Below are positions 11,506-24,015 of a stretch of 64,000 bases of DNA, piece by piece. The position numbers were made by a program, and so were the translations under genes. Numbering within the stretch: position 1 is the first letter of the stretch; every line of letters begins with the position of its first letter. A model generated the notes under the pieces. The model had not been told where the DNA came from. It saw only the letters and a program-made list of their open reading frames with translations, and did not search any database. Origin of the DNA: Batkoa obscura. Taxonomy: Eukaryota. The stretch spans positions 1,612,001 to 1,676,000 of the forward strand of contig JASVEC010000001.1 of the NCBI GenBank assembly GCA_030770535.1. Direction: 5' to 3'.

Positions 11506-13449
11506 TAATACAGAAATTGATCTAATGCGCTTTTGATTGCAGTAATTTTTAAAAGCATTATAAAAGTTGAATAGTTTAAAAGCTAATTTAACCCAATCTA
11601 GCTTTTTTTGTAAATAATCTCTATAACTAAATATAGGAAGTGCTAGAATAGTTATTACATTTACTACAAACAAATATAATAATTGCCTATTTTTTATATC
11701 AAAAATTGTTAAAAAATTTAAATGAATATAATATAATATAATATGAAATATTGAAATTAAATGGATGCTTTTTAAATTAACAAAATTATTTTAAATTGAT
11801 TAATATGAATAAATAACCTCAATTCAATAACCTTCGTTGCCTTCTATTTCAATAAAAAGTAATAAGGTATTTTAAACAAATTATTTCTATACCACCATTG
11901 TTGATATAAGACATAAGCTAAAGCTCCTGCCTTAATTCGTTTTATTCTATTCTTCTTGTAGCACTTTTATTTTATATTTTATATCATTATTATTATTATT
12001 AATTTCATTTAATTGCTTTATACCTTTATTTAGAATATAGGCGAAAACTTTAATAAAATATAAATGTGTTAAAAATTTATTCTTCTTTGCATTTAGAGTT
12101 GATTTTAACAGAATAGTTAATTATAACTAGCCCACAACAGATTCAATACTAAATATTATTAATAATGCAATGTCACACTTTTTTATCATAATAAAAATAT
12201 AAAGAAGCAAAAGCAAATGGGGTTACTCCCATCCCAGCTTATGATTTTTTCGCTAAATTAAAATCAACAATTATAGCATGACGAATAGCCATATAAAAGG
12301 TTAATTTAAATAAAATCTACTACTTTTGCTTTATTTAAATCAGATTTTTCTTCAAGCCTGGTTTTCTAATCAATATTTATTTTTAAAACTTGAATATTAA
12401 ACTAAAAATAGAGGACTTGTATCTGTTATCGATAGTAATAGATACAAGTCCTCTTAAAAATTTACCAAACCTTTCCATTTTTTAACTTTTCACACAAAGT
12501 AATGCTCCCCCTAAGGGATTATTCCTCTTTTAAAACTATTAACATTGTGTAATAAAATTTAATATAAAATATATAAATAACCCTATTTTATTAAAAATAT
12601 AGTTCTTAACCGTTATATAATGTAATATCACCATCTTCTGTTTTATTAATCCCCGCTTTAATTCTAAATATAATTATAATAAATAAATATTACTTAATAC
12701 AAATTGATATATAATTTTCTATATATTGAATGAGCACCATGATTGATAATCATTTAAAGCAGCGGAGATAACTTTATTAAAAACTAAAAAGGTTTATTTC
12801 AAATAAGCTATTATCATTAAAATTAATTTTTTTAAATTATTAATAGGCAATCGCATATTCTGTTACTTTTTTGGGTCAAATTTAAGTATCTGAAGTATAT
12901 AATTACAACGGCAATAACTTATCATAAAAAATAGAATGACTTTAGATTAAAGTGGCTTTAAGGGAGAACAACAGTTAACTTAAAAGTTACTATTGGTATC
13001 AAGAACATGTTTGATTTCTTTTGAAAAAGATATAGGGTGTATGGAAAGATCTAACGTCAGATTTAAAGCTTTAAATAATGAATAAAATATAACACCAAAA
13101 CCCTTACATTTTTAACCTTTTTTAAAACTTTTATATAAAGTAACGTTCCTCTTTAAAGCAATACCCCCTTTCCAAAAACCATTGAAGCTGTGCAATATCA
13201 CCTCCATCCGTTTATAGTAATGCTTACTCTATTTTTAAATACAATGGCAATGGACATTTATTATTTAATACCAATTGATACAAATAAGCTTTGGTATAAA
13301 GCGAATATCAGGATTAAGGATTACTTGAATTAGTGGAATCGTCTTAGCTAAAAATTAAAAGTTTTATTAGATCAGTTTTTATATGCTCGGTCTTTGTATG
13401 CTGTTTCAAAAGACAGGTAAAAATATGACTTCAACAAAAATTCCCTATA

Positions 13450-13612
13450 CAGCTGTTGGAACTCTTCTTATGACTTAATTAACTACTCATTTAAGAAAAA
13501 AATTGTTAAAATTCAGCTAATATTAAAGATCAGGCTTTAAAAAATTTGGTTATATAAAAAATTTAATAATAAAAATAGCCTCTAAAATAGTCGCAAAGAG
13601 GTTGGACAGCTG
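13450..13612. mobile_element. MITE-B
   Basis: TA|CAGCTGTTGGAACTCTT...AAGAGGTTGGACAGCTG|TA. Confidence 0.75.
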
Positions 13613-14059
13613 TATACTATCCCGATTTTAACATAGGTTGACCATTTTTAATTTTACATTTAACGAATTTAATTATGATGACTTCTAATTTTATATTTAG
13701 CAAATACTAGGCTAAGTGGCAGGAGTATATAGCTACAACAGTAAAAGCTTTTATTAGAAAAAATCTATTGATTTAGATTAAAATTACTTCAAGGGAAAAT
13801 AATAGTAGCTAGTTTGAAATTTATGTTGCAGCCAATAACTCTTTGGTTGATTTTAAAACGGTATTAAGACATGTGGAAAGATCTAATAGTTGCTTTGAAG
13901 TTTCGAATATTAAATAAAATATAGTAATAAAATCCTTAATTTTTTAAACTTTGTTCTTTAACATTTAACACAGCAATATCACCATCATACATTTCTAATA
14001 ATGCCTGCTCTATTTTTAAATATAATGATAATGGACATAGATTATTTGATATAAATTGA

Positions 14060-14159
14060 TATGTGATTGTATTTTTTGTTGAAAAATCTTACTAATAGTT
14101 ATTCCATTCAAATAGTGCTTAAAAAATAGGAAAAGTGATGAAACTAAAAAAAATATCCG
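14060..14159 (-). mobile_element. MITE-A, diverged copy
   Basis: Reverse-orientation core ttccattcaaatagtgcttaaaaaataggaaaagtgatgaaac. Confidence 0.7.
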
Positions 14160-15079
14160 TATATAAATAAACTTTTAAAACAACTTGAATACCGGAATTA
14201 AAAATTGTTTAAATCATCAGAAACGACATAGCTAAAAATTTTAAAAAACTATCTCAAATAAACTATTTTTCTTAAAGTCAATAATTTAATTTATTCATTG
14301 TTTCAGTAACTTTAATTTTATTTACATAAAAGTTCTTTTTTTGGTTTGAGCTAATATTTTTGACTGTGGTTACATTAAGAAAATATCTTTAAAAAAATGT
14401 TATTTATGATGTGGCTGATAAACCATATCGTATAAAGAACTTACAGCTACTATTTTAGGTAAACAATATAATAACTACACTTACTAATGTAAAAAGAGCA
14501 AGTATTAGTTTGGTGATATAATCTCTTATAAAAAACAGTAACCTTCTAAGAACCAAATTTTTTTGAACTGATTTTAATATTCACAATTACTTAAAGCATT
14601 GAAAATTAAGCCTTGAAGATTTTCAAAAGAAAAAACTTGCAAAGTATATGCAATTAATAAAGCGAATAATTGTTATTTAGGTTAAGAAATAATATCAAAT
14701 ATATTTATTTAGTGACATTTACTTTCAAAGTATCAATTTATTACTATTATATAAATACCATATAGTCATTCTTTATGTTACTATCCTATTTCTTATAATC
14801 TATTTTTATTTAGCTTGTTTAATTTATTTTACAAAATGTCAAAACAACCAATCAAGCTTCTAAGGTTCCTTATTAGAACATTACATTTTTCGACTGTTAT
14901 GATACCACAAGGTGCAGTTTAATATCAAAAAATAACAATATAAAAAAAACCATTTAGTAACATGGAAGTATTATATTTGAATTAATAAATTGAATGTTAA
15001 AAAAGGTATAACAAGCCAAAGAGAAAGATATATAAATAAAAAACAAAATGATAAATGGAATCAATAAAATTAATCAAAA

Positions 15080-16153
15080 ATGGTATTTGAACCCCCTAAG
15101 CAAATTAGAAATAACAGTAAACAATATAGTGTTCAGACGAAACAGTATAGTAGTGAAAGTGAGCTATGCATTTACCATATTCATCCAAGTAAAACTGGAA
15201 TTAGTCCAGCACCGTTGCTTATATTTATTGAATCAGCCATCTTTTTATTACCTGAGGTGGCGGTCGACTTTGATCAATTAGCTGAGAAATTAAGTCAATT
15301 AGGAATCCACGTTGTACGATTAAAATATCGTTTAACTACCAAAGAAAACAATCTTCAATTTCCAAGTCATTTACTTGACTGTATGAAAGGATACATTGAT
15401 ATCATAACAAAATCAGGTTTAAACTATAGTTCCGTTCATTTAGCTGGTCATTCGGTTGGTGGTTTAATATCTCTTTTGATTGGTTTCAGTTCTACTAAAT
15501 ATTTAAAATATTTAAACACTAATTATAACACCAATGATTTATTATTATTATTTAAAAAAATTAATGGTATTATTTCAATTGCTGGTGTATTTGATTTAGT
15601 TGCAATCGCTAAATATAACACTTTTTTTAACAACAATGTTGCTGCTATGGCTTTTCAAGTGGAAGGATGCCGCATTTCAAAAGTAGTTATACATTCGCCT
15701 GAGTCAGAAGAAACTTCAAGAGTGTTTGCTCCTTCTCTACTAAAGTCAGAAGAAACTTCGTGTGAATCTAAAAATACTACGAAACCTGATCAAGTTGAGT
15801 CTGAATCTGAAAGCATACCACGAATGGGTATATGTCGTCCAAGAATGGGTATCTGTAGTACATTAAAAGAACATTCAGCAACTTCAATTTCATTAAAAGA
15901 TATTAATGAAATGAATTATTCCAATTTACCAAAAGTTTTATTGATTGGATCTAAGGAAGATACTACTGCCCCAGTGGAACAATTACTCCAATACAATCAA
16001 TACTTATCGAGTTTAAATTTTAAGGATGTTACCTTATTCTGTGATAATTTTGGTCCCCATAATCAATTATTTTTAAATCCATCCGTTATTCAAAAGATAG
16101 CTAGCTTTGTTCATTCTAATAACTATAAGAATCTTTATATGGCTAAATTATAA
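15080..16153 (+). CDS. Alpha/beta hydrolase (kynurenine formamidase-like) with internal repeat insert and PTS1 (AKL)
   Basis: GHSVG, EDTTAP, FGPHNQ triad motifs; paralog of 6608-7675. Confidence 0.88.
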   Translation: MVFEPPKQIRNNSKQYSVQTKQYSSESELCIYHIHPSKTGISPAPLLIFIESAIFLLPEVAVDFDQLAEKLSQLGIHVVRLKYRLTTKENNLQFPSHLLDCMKGYIDIITKSGLNYSSVHLAGHSVGGLISLLIGFSSTKYLKYLNTNYNTNDLLLLFKKINGIISIAGVFDLVAIAKYNTFFNNNVAAMAFQVEGCRISKVVIHSPESEETSRVFAPSLLKSEETSCESKNTTKPDQVESESESIPRMGICRPRMGICSTLKEHSATSISLKDINEMNYSNLPKVLLIGSKEDTTAPVEQLLQYNQYLSSLNFKDVTLFCDNFGPHNQLFLNPSVIQKIASFVHSNNYKNLYMAKL

Positions 16154-16698
16154 TTTTACTATCTTCAACATTCTACAGTATTAGAATAAATTATATCTTA
16201 TTTTTATAGTATTTTTTTAAATTGTTTATTTTGATGAATTTCATAATATCGAATTTTTTTTATAAAAATGAATTCAAATAAAGCTTCAGGTTTCCGTGTC
16301 TTTTTTATAACGAAGTGTAAAAGAGTCAACTCATAGGCCTTTCTTATATACTACTTTCCAAGTATGTTTAAACGCTGTTATTTCTCATTTAAGCTATTGA
16401 ATTTTTTTAATACCAATAAGAACATCTTTACATACCACATCACAACCTTACATTCCTTTCTGTCTTTTTGTAAGCCTATGGATTATACACTCTTATTATT
16501 CAAAATTCTCATCTGATAACACCTTCCACATGATACTGATTTCTCTTTATATCTTATCAGAGCCAACTTATAGGGATTAAAACTTAAAGCAACCAAATAT
16601 GCAGGTGTTTTTTTGGCTCTATCAGGGGGTGTCTGGAATTGGTTTCAGAATTTAACTAAAAATTTAAAAGATTTATTTTATTTTTTTAATTATATGTT

Positions 16699-17055
16699 TG
16701 TGAAAGTTGGTACTCAGTGATTGCAGTTAAAAATGGTCCTAGCTTAATTAACTGGCCGTAAGCCAGGATGCCTTAGTTTATGTAACTAAGATAGACTTAA
16801 ATTAATAGGAATAGTACACAATAAGCTACGAGCTATATAAAATAAATAGAATAGAAGATACTACTGTAAAATCTACGTAAAATACTATAAGACTTACTGG
16901 CTTTATTAAAAGTACAATATTAGGGAATGATTCAATTAAAAAGCCTCGAGCTATTATGTTGAAGAATCTCTTTTATACTTTAACTAGTTTAATAAACAAG
17001 TTAAGTGATTATTATGGGATAATCAATCATAGAGCTGATAAAGCAATATTTCATA
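16699..17055 (+). mobile_element. Solo-LTR-like repeat (LTR-A), internally deleted, nested in the transposon
   Basis: TGTGAAAGTTGGTACTCAGTG...ATATTTCATA; colinear with 59917-60462. Confidence 0.75.
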
Positions 17056-17147
17056 GTGTTTTATTTTTTTTTATTAAACGTTTAATAGATGTATAATATA
17101 TGATTATATAATTATTTGGCTTTATTTTTTATTAAAATAAAAACAAA

Positions 17148-18959
17148 ATGCAAGCTTTTATGACTAAACTTCGAAATGGAATTTCTAAAAATTTCAACAG
17201 GATAGGGAGAAGCATATTACATAAACATTGTAATTCATTTACATCAATTTTATCAACTATTCACAATAACCCAGAGTTTATGGAATTTTATAATAAAACA
17301 AAAAAAGGAAAAGAAATGTCATTAAAGTTTACTATTAACAATAACAGACTTAATCAAGCAATGTATAAAATTAGTGTTTTAAGGGAAACAGGAAATAAAA
17401 ACCAACAAGTAGCATTATTATCGACTATAGCTTCAGTATATTCTTTTGGTGAATGTAAAAGTTTTGGATTTAATATAAGTAAAAATCAATATGATTATTC
17501 AAAAATAATTAATAATAATAAAATACCAACGTTACGACCTACTATCAAAAATACAAAAAAAATTAAAAGTGAGCAAATCGAGATTATTATTATACAATAT
17601 TTACTTGATAATTCAACTATTTCATCAAGGTTCAATAAAAAAAATAATGATAATAAATATTCGTCAGATAATATATATATATTAAATAAAAGTAGAAGAA
17701 TGATATACAGTAAATATTTTAATGATTTAAAAGATAAAGCAGTAGCTAGGTCAACATTCTTTAAATATATACCAAATAATTTTAAAAATCCAGCAAGAAA
17801 AACAGATTTATGCAATATATATGCCCAGTATACAGTTAGAAAAAAGTTATTTGAAAATAAAATAAATACAGCGACAAAAAATAAAGCAGAGATAAAAGAA
17901 TCTTTTAATAAAGAAAAAAGATTATATAAATTACATGAATTTTGTGTTGATACTCAAAAAAACATACTTAATGAAACTATTAAAAAATTAAATAATAAAA
18001 GTTATATAATAATTTTAGACTTTAAACAAAATATGGAAATAGGAACAAGACCAGATCCAATAAATTTAGATCATTATAATAAACAAGCTATATCAGTATT
18101 AAAGTTTGATGTTTATATTTAAAAAATGATAAAACAACAGGCAAAGTTTATTTTGATTATTTATCTGAAATATTAAATCATGATTGAGCATATGAGGGTG
18201 TTTTTTTTGACTTCATTATTTTTTCCATTTTTTAAGCGCTATTTAAGCGGAAAGATTGTTAGTAAAATTCTTAAACAAAAAAATACATCCCCATATACAG
18301 GAGATTGTTTAATTGATTTAATATCTAAAGAGCCTTTGTTTAAAAAGTTTACAAATATTAATATATGGGCAGATACAGGATATCATTTTAAATCTCAAGA
18401 GTTTTCACACTATATATTTGAAGAAACTTATAAAATAAATAGTAGTTTAAATATTGATCTTAATTTTTTTGCTGAGCATCATAGAAAAAGTATAGTTGAT
18501 GGACATTTTGGAAACCTTTCACAGTGGAAAAATAGTTTTGAAGCATTAGGTAAAATAGAAGATATTGATTAATTGATTCCAAAATTTGAGATTTTTATTA
18601 GTGAACATAATAGAGTTAATAACTCAACTGTCAATAATGGGAAAACAAATATAATTTTTAAAAAGTATGAAAGAAACAAAGATACAAAAAAAATAATAAA
18701 AATACAAGGTATTAAAAAGTATTTACATTTTATTAAACGTGGTGATAAACTACACTGTTATCCAGTATCTGATAGATAAAAAAAAAGTGATATAATTATG
18801 ATTAAAGTTATAGAGTCTATAGAGAATACAAAAACTAAAATATCAACTCCAGTTTATCTTACAAAAATAACAGAAAATTCAAAAGTTTCAATATTTATTA
18901 AGCAAGTAAGTAGCTTATTAGATGATAGAAATCAATTATTAAATGCTGATATTACTTGA
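17148..18959 (+). pseudogene. Transposase pseudogene (ORF pieces 17148-18122, 18180-18572, 18573-18779)
   Basis: Putative catalytic motifs LDFKQN, IWADTGYHFKSQE, FFAEHHRKSIVDGHFG; frameshift near 18120, in-frame stops at 18185 and 18570, MITE insertion at 18194-18292. Confidence 0.8.
18194..18292 (+). mobile_element. MITE-A inserted into the transposase gene
   Basis: ATAT|GAGGGTGT...ACATCCCC|ATAT; removing it and one ATAT restores the frame ...NHD*AYTGDCL. Confidence 0.88.
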
Positions 18960-20241
18960 ATTATTAATAGCTAAGTTAACAAATAGCCAAAGAGCAAGTA
19001 GCTATAATAATAAGTAAAAACTATTATTATACTGCTTGTGTTACATAGGGATGGCTAATTGTAGTTTTGGGGCTAACCACTCCCTCCCATTCAGCTGTTT
19101 ATTAACTTAGTGATATATTAATAATGTAATTATAACATTAAAATAATTTATTTATTTGATAGTAAATCTGCAGTGTTGGCTATAAAGCAGTTAATAATAA
19201 ATATTTCTTAATAAAGTTTTATAAAAATATTTATTTATTTACATATTATAACTTTGATTAATATCACCATATAGGCTATATTGGTAAAAGCCTTGCTAAT
19301 TCGGAAATTTATATTAAATTTGATAAAAATTCCGCTAACCTACAATATAAATTATAACAAAATAATTTAAAAATTGGATAAAAAAATGAAACCAATTCGG
19401 ACACTCCCATCACTTTTTCCATCTTTTAAGCGCCATTTGAGTGGAAAAATTGTTAATAAAATTCTTAAACACAAAAACACATCCTCATATAAGCCTTCAA
19501 AATTAAAAGCAGGAACTCTTACCTTAGAGTACATCTTCCCAATTGAGTAATCCCATTTGCTATATATGCCTATTATGTCTCTTATTTAATTACATTGTAT
19601 TGTCTAGATGATTAACTAATATTTGATTGAAATCGGGATAAAACACTTAGGAGCTTATAACTCCTTTGAGATCTTTAAAAAATAGTATGAGTATAAAATT
19701 TTTGTAGCAAAAAGATTCATCATTTTTTTATGAGCTTTGGCAGAAGTCCTCAAAATTAACCACTTATATCAAAGGTAAAGTAAGGCTGAATTTATAATGT
19801 TTGATTTTGGATTAGATTTTTCCAATTGATTAATTAATTTAATATTATTACAGAGTAATTTAAATAAGAATTTCAAATTTATTCATTAATTTATAATATA
19901 AAAACTATTCTTTATTATAAAATAACAAGTAAAATAAAACTATTATCAAAAATCCCATCATTTCAATCAATACTCAAAAGCATCTATATTATAATTGTAT
20001 TAAGCCTTATCATATTTCAACTTAAAAAAGCAACTGATGCAATTAAGTTAGATTCATCTTTTGAAAGCATATTATTTTTGATATTTTATACATTCCCTTC
20101 CGCTTTATGAGTTATGATATAGTGTATATGATTGTACTTAGTTCTGGTGTGAGTAAATTATTTTGAATTCACTTTGTTTTTATTTTGTATCAAACTGGAA
20201 TATTGAACTTAGTAATCGTCATTGGTTTAACTATAATTAAT

Positions 20242-20660
20242 AGGGATGTATTTTTTTGTTTAAGAATTTTATTAACAGTCTTTCCGCTCAAATAGCGTTT
20301 AAAAAATGGAAAAAGCGATGAAATTAAAAAAAATACCCCTAATATTATTTCATTATTTTATTATTTAAATATAAAAAAAAGATTAGTTATAACAGTTAAT
20401 TAGATATTACTTTACCATTATATTTTAATTATTATAGGCAATATGTCTAGCAGCACTTCTTTGGTTAGTAAACTGGATTTTCTATATCGCAATTGTATGT
20501 TATATTCTATTATAACTTTTTTTTAAAGATTTCAATATTTAAATAAATATTAATAATAAAAATGAGAGTGTATTTTTTTTGTTTAAGAATTTTACTAACA
20601 ATCTTTTACTCAAATAACGCTTAAAAAATGGAAAAAGTGATGAAACCAAAAAACATTCCC
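20242..20660 (-). mobile_element. Two MITE-A copies (about 20242-20340 and 20563-20660)
   Basis: Both match the reverse complement of the consensus. Confidence 0.8.
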
Positions 20661-21578
20661 ATATATTATTATTTTTTTAACTTTTGTACCGTTGGATAAA
20701 AACCCTTTTTAAATCAATTTGATTGGTATAATATCCCCAGAAATCTTCATTTATCTATTTTTTACTGACAATAAAGTATTTATTGTTATATAACATTTTA
20801 AAATAAAATCTAAGTTATGAAGTTTTAGACTAATTTAAAATAAATTTTATTATTACAAAAAAATCTAATTGGATTATTATTAATTATCATCTATTAATTA
20901 ATTTAAAATGTAACTATTTTATTTTATTTTATTTTTTAATAAGTAAAATTAATAAAGTATTATTAAAAAATTCAATTTAGATAAATAGTTATAATATATT
21001 ATTAGGCCTATAATAGTTATTTACCTTTCTATTGATTTTGATATCTTGTATCACATTGTTAAAATATTAATAAAGGTAGTTGTCTTGAATCTTCTCAATA
21101 AGATTATTGTTTAATTCGAATTTTTTTTTAAAATAACCCTTAAATCATTACCATAAATGGTCAATACTTTGGTTTTAAAACAATTAATAAAATATAATTG
21201 AATATTTTCAACTATAGTAAAGATGTGACTATTCCTAGGTTTAAATTAAATGATTTAAAATAATTAAAATATTCAATAGTACCATACTATCTTAAAAAAT
21301 AAAATTGTTACTATTAATTGAAACAATTGTTCTCATTATACCACTAAAAAAATATATTCGAGTATTTAATTAGAAATTCAAGTAAGCCATTTCAGAAATA
21401 TCAATTCAAATAAATTAAACCGCAAAGGTAGCTAATTCAACTGAGATTCATTAAGCTGAATATATCCTAGAAACAAGTATATAAAAGTCTCAACAATATA
21501 CATCAATTTAATATTATCAACATTTTAGTATCTAAACAAACAATCTATTAAATTTCATTAGTAATAACACAATAAAAT

Positions 21579-21935
21579 ATGAAGCTCGCAAGTTTTTTAG
21601 TTGGTTTAGTTGCATACACTGCTATGATTGAGGCTGTGCCTTTACAACGTCGTACTTTTGGTATGTTAAATGAATTTAATTTACTTAAAGGAATTTTAGG
21701 TGGTGGTGGTGGTAGTAGTAAAAGTAAATCTAAGGAATCTAACTCTGGTAGTAGTTCAAATACTCATAATAATATGAGTAATACTAATAATATGAATAAC
21801 ATGAATAATATGAATAATAACGGTATGCCTAATAATAATAGTAATACTAATAATAATAGTAATACTAGCAATAATAGTAATTCAATCAATAATAATAATT
21901 CAATCAATAATAGTAATACTTCCAATAGTAATTTA

Positions 21936-21975
<40 letters not shown>

Positions 21976-22568
21976 CCAATATTGACTTTATTAATAATTT
22001 AATTAATTCAAATCTTAATAATGGTCAAGGTTTTAATGATAATTTAATTACTAATTTTAATAATAATATTAATAATAATTCTAATGATATCAATTCCCAA
22101 AATATCAATAATAGTAACTCTCTTATCAATGGCTCTTCCTTCAGTAGTTCTTCATCATCATCATCTTCTAATAACGAATCCATTTGTCATCAACCTTCTT
22201 CTTCTTCATCCAATCCCAGCTGTTCTCCAAATGGCAAGGACCCATGTAGCAATGGTCCAAACGGTAAGTGTCCACCAGGAAGTGGTTCCTCTTGTAAAAA
22301 TGGTCCAAATGATAAGTGTAATCAAAACATTACTGGTTCTTCTTCCGCTTGTAGTAGTACTTCTTCTAATAACAATTGTCCACCTAATAATAATAGCCCT
22401 CCACCTACCTCTTTCTCTTCAATTAAAGGTAACTCTTCCACTGACAACAGTAACTCTTCCTCTTCTTTAAGCAGTAGTTCATCCAATAGTTCTTTCAACA
22501 ATAATTTCAATATTCCAAACAACTATCAAGTCGTTCCACCACCACCACCCCATGGTAACAAATATTAA
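21579..22568 (+). CDS. Secreted Asn/Ser-rich low-complexity protein with a Cys-spaced domain
   Basis: Signal peptide MKLASFLVGLVAYTAMIEA, dibasic LQRR site, poly-Asn tracts, Cys every ~8 residues; TATA-like tatataaaa near 21478. Confidence 0.85.
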
Positions 22569-24015
22569 ATTTTTAATGTTTTATTGAAGAATCTATTTTT
22601 AAATTTTTATTTTTATTTTTATTTTATAGTTTATAGTTTATATTTAGAAATTATAAATATAATTTATAGTCTTAAATAGTTATTTTTTAAAAAATATCTA
22701 GAATATGTTTTAGTTATATTTGGCTTAGTATTGAATTGTTTTAATTTCAATATTTTAAAATAAATCTATGAACACCCTATTAAAAAACTCAGCAATTGTT
22801 GGGTTGATTTTTTTTGAATGATCAACTTAATTTTAGGTTGCATAGAAATTTGTTAAAGTTGTTAATTATTAGTTAATAATCTAAATTTGCTTATAAAATA
22901 TTAATTTTTATCCGAATTCTTCATCAAAAAACACTTCAATTTTTAAACTATTTTTATCTAATCGTAAAGTCATCCTCACTATTTAATAGAAAAATTCAAA
23001 TTAATAGAACTAATGGATAAGTAAGCCAAGTATCATTTTATTATAAATAGAATTTAATTTAATTTATTTATAATATATACCCCTCACTTAAAAGCTAAGA
23101 TCTCAGTCCCTTATACTAATCTTATTTTTAAATCATTTTCTTTATCTTTCCAGTTTTTTTAATTAATTTATAGACTACTTGTTTTGATATCATATTTTTA
23201 AAATAATTACAATGAATAAACTATATCAATAGAGATATGGTGAGAAAAGTAATCAATTTTTATTATAAAAAAACTATAAAAGTTAATGATGCTAGCTAAT
23301 AAAGTGTATAATAAAAGCTAAGATTTATTCAATTAAATTTCTTTGATATTTAAATATTTTGAACTTCATATTAAACGCTCCTAAATTATTATTAATTTCT
23401 TTAATTCAACTTTATAGCATTGGATTTCTTATTGAATAATTTATTTATGCTCATATTTTAATTAAAGATTTAATTTATCCCTTTAGTTTAAAGAAGAACA
23501 AGGACTTGTCATACTTTCATACTAGAATTCATCAATGATGATTTGAAATCTTATCAAATACAACTATAACTATTTTTTAAAATTTGCGTTCTAATTGGTC
23601 CAGTTTTTAAGTGAAAAGGCTCTGCTTTTATTTGGAGCAGAAATGAAAAATTTATTAATATTTGAACTTTAGGGCCATTTATTAACAAATAATTCAAGGC
23701 CTAAAAATAGGATCAAAAATCAAACAAAAAAATATGAATAGAAAGAGCTTAAAAATAAAAATCAATAATATTTTGAATCAAACTAAGTCTTCAGATAGCT
23801 TAATTATAACACTTTATTTAAAGTACCTTCTAATTAAAAATAGAATATGGATTTGAATTTCAATGATTGTTTCATTATAAAAATAGAATTCGTTAAAAAT
23901 CCAAGCAAGCTCTGCTTAGCGAGATGGGTCAAAATAAATAAAAAATTAGTTTAAAATACGATATATAAAAAGACAACTAAAGTACTAAAAAAATAAGCAA
24001 TTAATAAATCGAACA

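Larger units (their letters stand above)
16625..19408 (+). mobile_element. Sola-like (DDD) DNA transposon, 2784 bp, decayed
   Basis: Imperfect TIRs GGGGGTGTCTGGAATTGGTTTCA / TGAAACCAATTCGGACACTCCC; 4-bp target duplication ATCA at 16621-24 and 19409-12; encloses a transposase pseudogene. Superfamily inferred from GRG-type ends, 4-bp duplication and motifs. Confidence 0.8.
16601..19486 (+). mobile_element. MITE-A copy split in two (16601-16624 and 19409-19486) by the Sola-like transposon
   Basis: Joining the halves at ATCA restores the MITE consensus; ATAT flanks both outer ends. Confidence 0.8.

Noticed and set aside
11407..11673. 88-aa ORF
   Set aside because: Non-ATG start, overlaps MITE-B, no recognisable features.
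7474..15281. Similar short ORFs 7474-7668 and 15048-15281
   Set aside because: Alternative frames of the duplicated hydrolase genes; the similarity follows from the DNA duplication.
18180..18296. N-terminus of ORF 18180-18572
   Set aside because: Translated MITE sequence; only the part from YTGDCL onward is transposase.
21764..22522. Leu-rich ORFs at 21764, 22084 and 22322
   Set aside because: Antisense or shifted readings of the AAT/TCT-rich secreted gene.
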